From NCBI GenBank assembly GCA_964202905.1, contig CAXNJO010000001.1:640001-704000 (forward strand): a DNA stretch of 64,000 nucleotides. Direction: 5' to 3'. Shown piece after piece: positions 61,177-64,000 of the stretch (the stretch's first letter is position 1; the number at the start of each line of letters is the position of its first letter). The notes below the pieces were generated by a model that saw nothing but the letters and a program-made list of their open reading frames with translations, had not been told where the DNA came from and searched no databases. The translations under genes were made by a program, and so were the position numbers. The DNA is from Polyangiales bacterium (GTDB lineage: Bacteria; Myxococcota_A; Polyangia; Polyangiales; JADJQN01).

Positions 61177-64000
61177 ATGCGCACACGCTGGCTCATCCTG
61201 CTCACGCTCACGGCGACCGCACTGACCGCGTGTTCCGAAGAGGACACCCCGGGTGCGGCGTCGTCGGCGCTCGACGGTGGCGTGATCCCGCCCTGCACGG
61301 ACGGCGACGGCGACGGCTTCGGCCTCGGCTGCGCGGCGGGTCTCGACTGCGACGACGCCGACCCGTCGAGCACCAACGAGTGTCGCAATTGTGCCTCACC
61401 CGAGACGGGCTGCGCGTGCGACGGCAGCGTCCTCGAGGAGACCTGCTACCTCGACCCGGTCGACGTCGGCGGGCGCTCGATGTGCCACTCGGGCACCCGC
61501 TTCTGCCGCGACGGAGCGTGGACCTCGTGCCTCCAGCTCGAGCGCTACGAGCTCTCGGGCAACCTGGCCGGCGCGGCCAGCGCCGCGCTCGTCACGGGCC
61601 CCGTCCCCTGCAACCCCTGCAACCCGTCCTGCTACTCGACGACGGATACCCCCGGTCCGTCCGACGTGACCACCGGCGGCACCGGCGTCGTCTACACCGC
61701 CACCCCCGGCGGTGTGACGCTCCCGATGGGCGGAACCACGACCGGCACGCTGCCCGACGCGGACGGCGATGGCGTCCCCGACCTCTACGACTCGGCCCCA
61801 ACGAACCCGGCGATCACCGGCTTCGAGGGCGGCTTCTTCCACGTGCTGCCCTACGGCGGCGCCGCGGTCGATCCCCTCTACCTCATGGTGCGCGTCCGGA
61901 CGGCGGACGTGTACTTCCTCATGGACACCACCGGGTCCATGGGGGGTGAGATCGACAACCTCAAGGCGACGCTCAACACCACGATCATCCCGTCGATCCG
62001 CACGACGATCCCGGATGCGTGGTTCGGCGTCGGTCGCCACGACGACTACCCTGTCAACGGTTACGGCGCGGAGTACTACTGCGACCCTTGGGGTTGCGCC
62101 TACATCGGCGACACGGTCTATCAGAACCTGGCCAACATCACCGACACGGCGACGGGGGGCGGCGCGACGACGGTCACCAACGCGGTGAACGCGCTCTACA
62201 CGCGCTGGGGCAACGACCTGCCGGAGTCGCAGATCCCCGCGCTCTACGCGATCGCGACGGGCTCGGCGCTCGGCCCTTATCTCCCGGGTTCGACGTGCGC
62301 GGGCAGCCGCTTCGGCTACCCGTGTTTTCGCCCCGGCACCGTGCCGATCATCATCCTCTTCACGGACGCGCCCTTCCACAACGGCCCGCCCGTCACAGGA
62401 ACGGCGACGACGGGCTTCGCCACCGGCACCGCGACGAACGGCGCCGCGCTCGAGATGGGCACCGCCACGCCCGACCCGCGGGTGAACGGGACCGCCAGCG
62501 CCTCGGCCAGCGTCACGGGCACCGCTTCGCTCGACCCGCGCGAGCCTGGCACGGCCACGCCGGCCCCGCGCACGAGCGGCACGGCCACCGCCTCGCGTGA
62601 GACCGGCACCGCGACGAACTACGCGCGCACGACGGGCACCGCGACGAACCAGGTGCCGCTCACGGGCACGCCGACGGCCTTCCCGGGCACCGCGGGCACG
62701 GCGACGGCGTCGGTCACGACGGGCACCGCGACCAACTACCCGCGCATCAGCGGTCTCGCGACGGCCGAGCCGGTCGTCAACGGCACCGCGACGCTGTACG
62801 CGCGGACGACGGGCACCGCGGACAACGCGCGCGTGACGGGCACGGCGACGCAGTATGTGCGGACGACGGGCACCGCGACGAACCAGGTGCCGCTCACGGG
62901 CACGCCGACGGCCTTCCCGGGCACCGCGGGCACGGCGACGGCGTCGGTCACGACGGGCACCGCGACCAACTACCCGCGCATCAGCGGTCTCGCGACGACC
63001 GAGCCGGTCGTCAACGGCACGGCGACGCAGTACGCGCGGACGACGGGCACGGCGGACAACGCGCGCGTGACGGGCACGGCGACGCAGTATGTGCGGACGA
63101 CGGGCACCGCGACGAACCAGGTGCCGCTCACGGGCACGCCGACGGCCTTCCCGGGCACCGCGGGCACGGCGACGGCGTCCGTCACGACGGGCACCGCGAC
63201 CAACTACCCGCGCATCAGCGGTCTCGCGACCGCCGAGCCGATCGTGACGGGCACGGCGACGCAGTACGCGCGGACGACGGGCACCGCGGACAGCCCGCGC
63301 GTGACGGGCACGGCGACGCAGTACGTGAGGACGACCAGCCTCGCCTCCAACCAGCCCGTCGTCACCGGCACGCCCAGCCCGTACCCTGCCACGCTCGGCA
63401 CCGCGTCGAACTCCGTCACCACCGGCACGGCGGTCGCGTCGCCGCGCATCACGGGCATCGCCAGCAACGAGCCCCGCGTGACGGGCACGCCCACGGCCTA
63501 CCCGCGCACCTTCGGGACGGCGACGAACTCGATCCACACGGGCACGGCCTCCGCCTACCCGCGTACGACGAGCACGGCCTCGAACTACCGCGAGACGGGC
63601 ACGGCGACGGCCTATCCGCTCACGACGAGCACGGCGTCGAATCTGGTTCCCGTCGTCACCGGTACGGCGACCCTGGCCGTGGTCACCGGGACGGCGACCG
63701 CTCGATCCACTTTCGTCCGGAACGGGCTGAACGACACGTCGCCGGACTGGGCGTGGACTACCAACCAGTTCGTCGGTGACGTCATTCAGGTGTTTGCGGG
63801 TACGGGCAGGGGCGAGAACCGGGTCATCTCGTCGCACGCCGACAGGTCGTTCACGATGTCGAGCAACTGGCGGAACCGTCCAACGACGGGCAGCTTTTAT
63901 CGCGTCGTTCCGAAGGCGGCTGACGACAATCTCTACGACCTCGCCAAGGTTTGGACGACCAATCAGTTCGTCGGGTACACGGTCACGATCACGAGCGGCA
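61177..64000 (+). CDS. Giant surface lipoprotein/adhesin (3' end outside the window): Cys-rich/DxDxDG region, integrin-beta-like vWA domain, ~45 GTAT repeats, 66-aa WTTNQFVG domains
   Basis: Hand translation from ATG 61177 is open to the window end: MRTRWLILLTLTATALTAC..., DVYFLMDTTGSM, GNDLPE, ILFTDAPFH. Confidence 0.9.
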   Translation, partial: MRTRWLILLTLTATALTACSEEDTPGAASSALDGGVIPPCTDGDGDGFGLGCAAGLDCDDADPSSTNECRNCASPETGCACDGSVLEETCYLDPVDVGGRSMCHSGTRFCRDGAWTSCLQLERYELSGNLAGAASAALVTGPVPCNPCNPSCYSTTDTPGPSDVTTGGTGVVYTATPGGVTLPMGGTTTGTLPDADGDGVPDLYDSAPTNPAITGFEGGFFHVLPYGGAAVDPLYLMVRVRTADVYFLMDTTGSMGGEIDNLKATLNTTIIPSIRTTIPDAWFGVGRHDDYPVNGYGAEYYCDPWGCAYIGDTVYQNLANITDTATGGGATTVTNAVNALYTRWGNDLPESQIPALYAIATGSALGPYLPGSTCAGSRFGYPCFRPGTVPIIILFTDAPFHNGPPVTGTATTGFATGTATNGAALEMGTATPDPRVNGTASASASVTGTASLDPREPGTATPAPRTSGTATASRETGTATNYARTTGTATNQVPLTGTPTAFPGTAGTATASVTTGTATNYPRISGLATAEPVVNGTATLYARTTGTADNARVTGTATQYVRTTGTATNQVPLTGTPTAFPGTAGTATASVTTGTATNYPRISGLATTEPVVNGTATQYARTTGTADNARVTGTATQYVRTTGTATNQVPLTGTPTAFPGTAGTATASVTTGTATNYPRISGLATAEPIVTGTATQYARTTGTADSPRVTGTATQYVRTTSLASNQPVVTGTPSPYPATLGTASNSVTTGTAVASPRITGIASNEPRVTGTPTAYPRTFGTATNSIHTGTASAYPRTTSTASNYRETGTATAYPLTTSTASNLVPVVTGTATLAVVTGTATARSTFVRNGLNDTSPDWAWTTNQFVGDVIQVFAGTGRGENRVISSHADRSFTMSSNWRNRPTTGSFYRVVPKAADDNLYDLAKVWTTNQFVGYTVTITSG
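62626..63327 (+). repeat. Intragenic tandem repeat, 3 x 234 bp (78 aa = 8 GTAT units), plus a degenerate fourth copy
   Basis: AACCAGGTGCCGCTC recurs at 62647, 62881 and 63115; a variant AACCAGCCC occurs at 63349. Confidence 0.93.

Noticed and set aside
62392..63699. Ice-binding/antifreeze TxT beta-solenoid
   Set aside because: TxT is present, but unit length varies (9-10 aa) and Pro is frequent, which fits a regular solenoid poorly; kept only as an alternative to the nested model.

Overview
Very GC-rich chromosomal DNA that looks myxobacterial (Polyangia/Sandaracinus-like, inferred from gene content: many Cys-rich lipoproteins, vWA proteins, Ser/Thr kinase, sigma54 activator). Housekeeping genes (dapF, ruvABC, yebC, gltX, M16 peptidase pair, pdhABC, pssA, photolyase) alternate with many predicted surface lipoproteins. 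No rRNA, tRNA, CRISPR array, transposase or prophage is evident. About eight apparent frameshifts, one in ruvB, are best explained as assembly indels. Highlights: (1) a giant lipoprotein starting at 61177, absent from the ORF track because it runs off the window, with an integrin-beta-like vWA domain interrupted by ~45 'GTAT' strand repeats and then 66-aa domain bodies, suggesting a nested (Russian-doll) stalk; (2) a probable sigma54-driven operon of an outer-membrane barrel plus two paralogous ~1,500-aa metzincin lipoproteins; (3) a Notch/fibropellin-like Ca-binding EGF-repeat lipoprotein inside a split yebC-ruvC...ruvAB cluster; (4) a 6x24-bp G-rich VNTR and an AT-rich palindrome array with 47-bp period upstream of the photolyase; (5) many apparently leaderless promoters. 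All calls are from motif reading only; no database searches were run.
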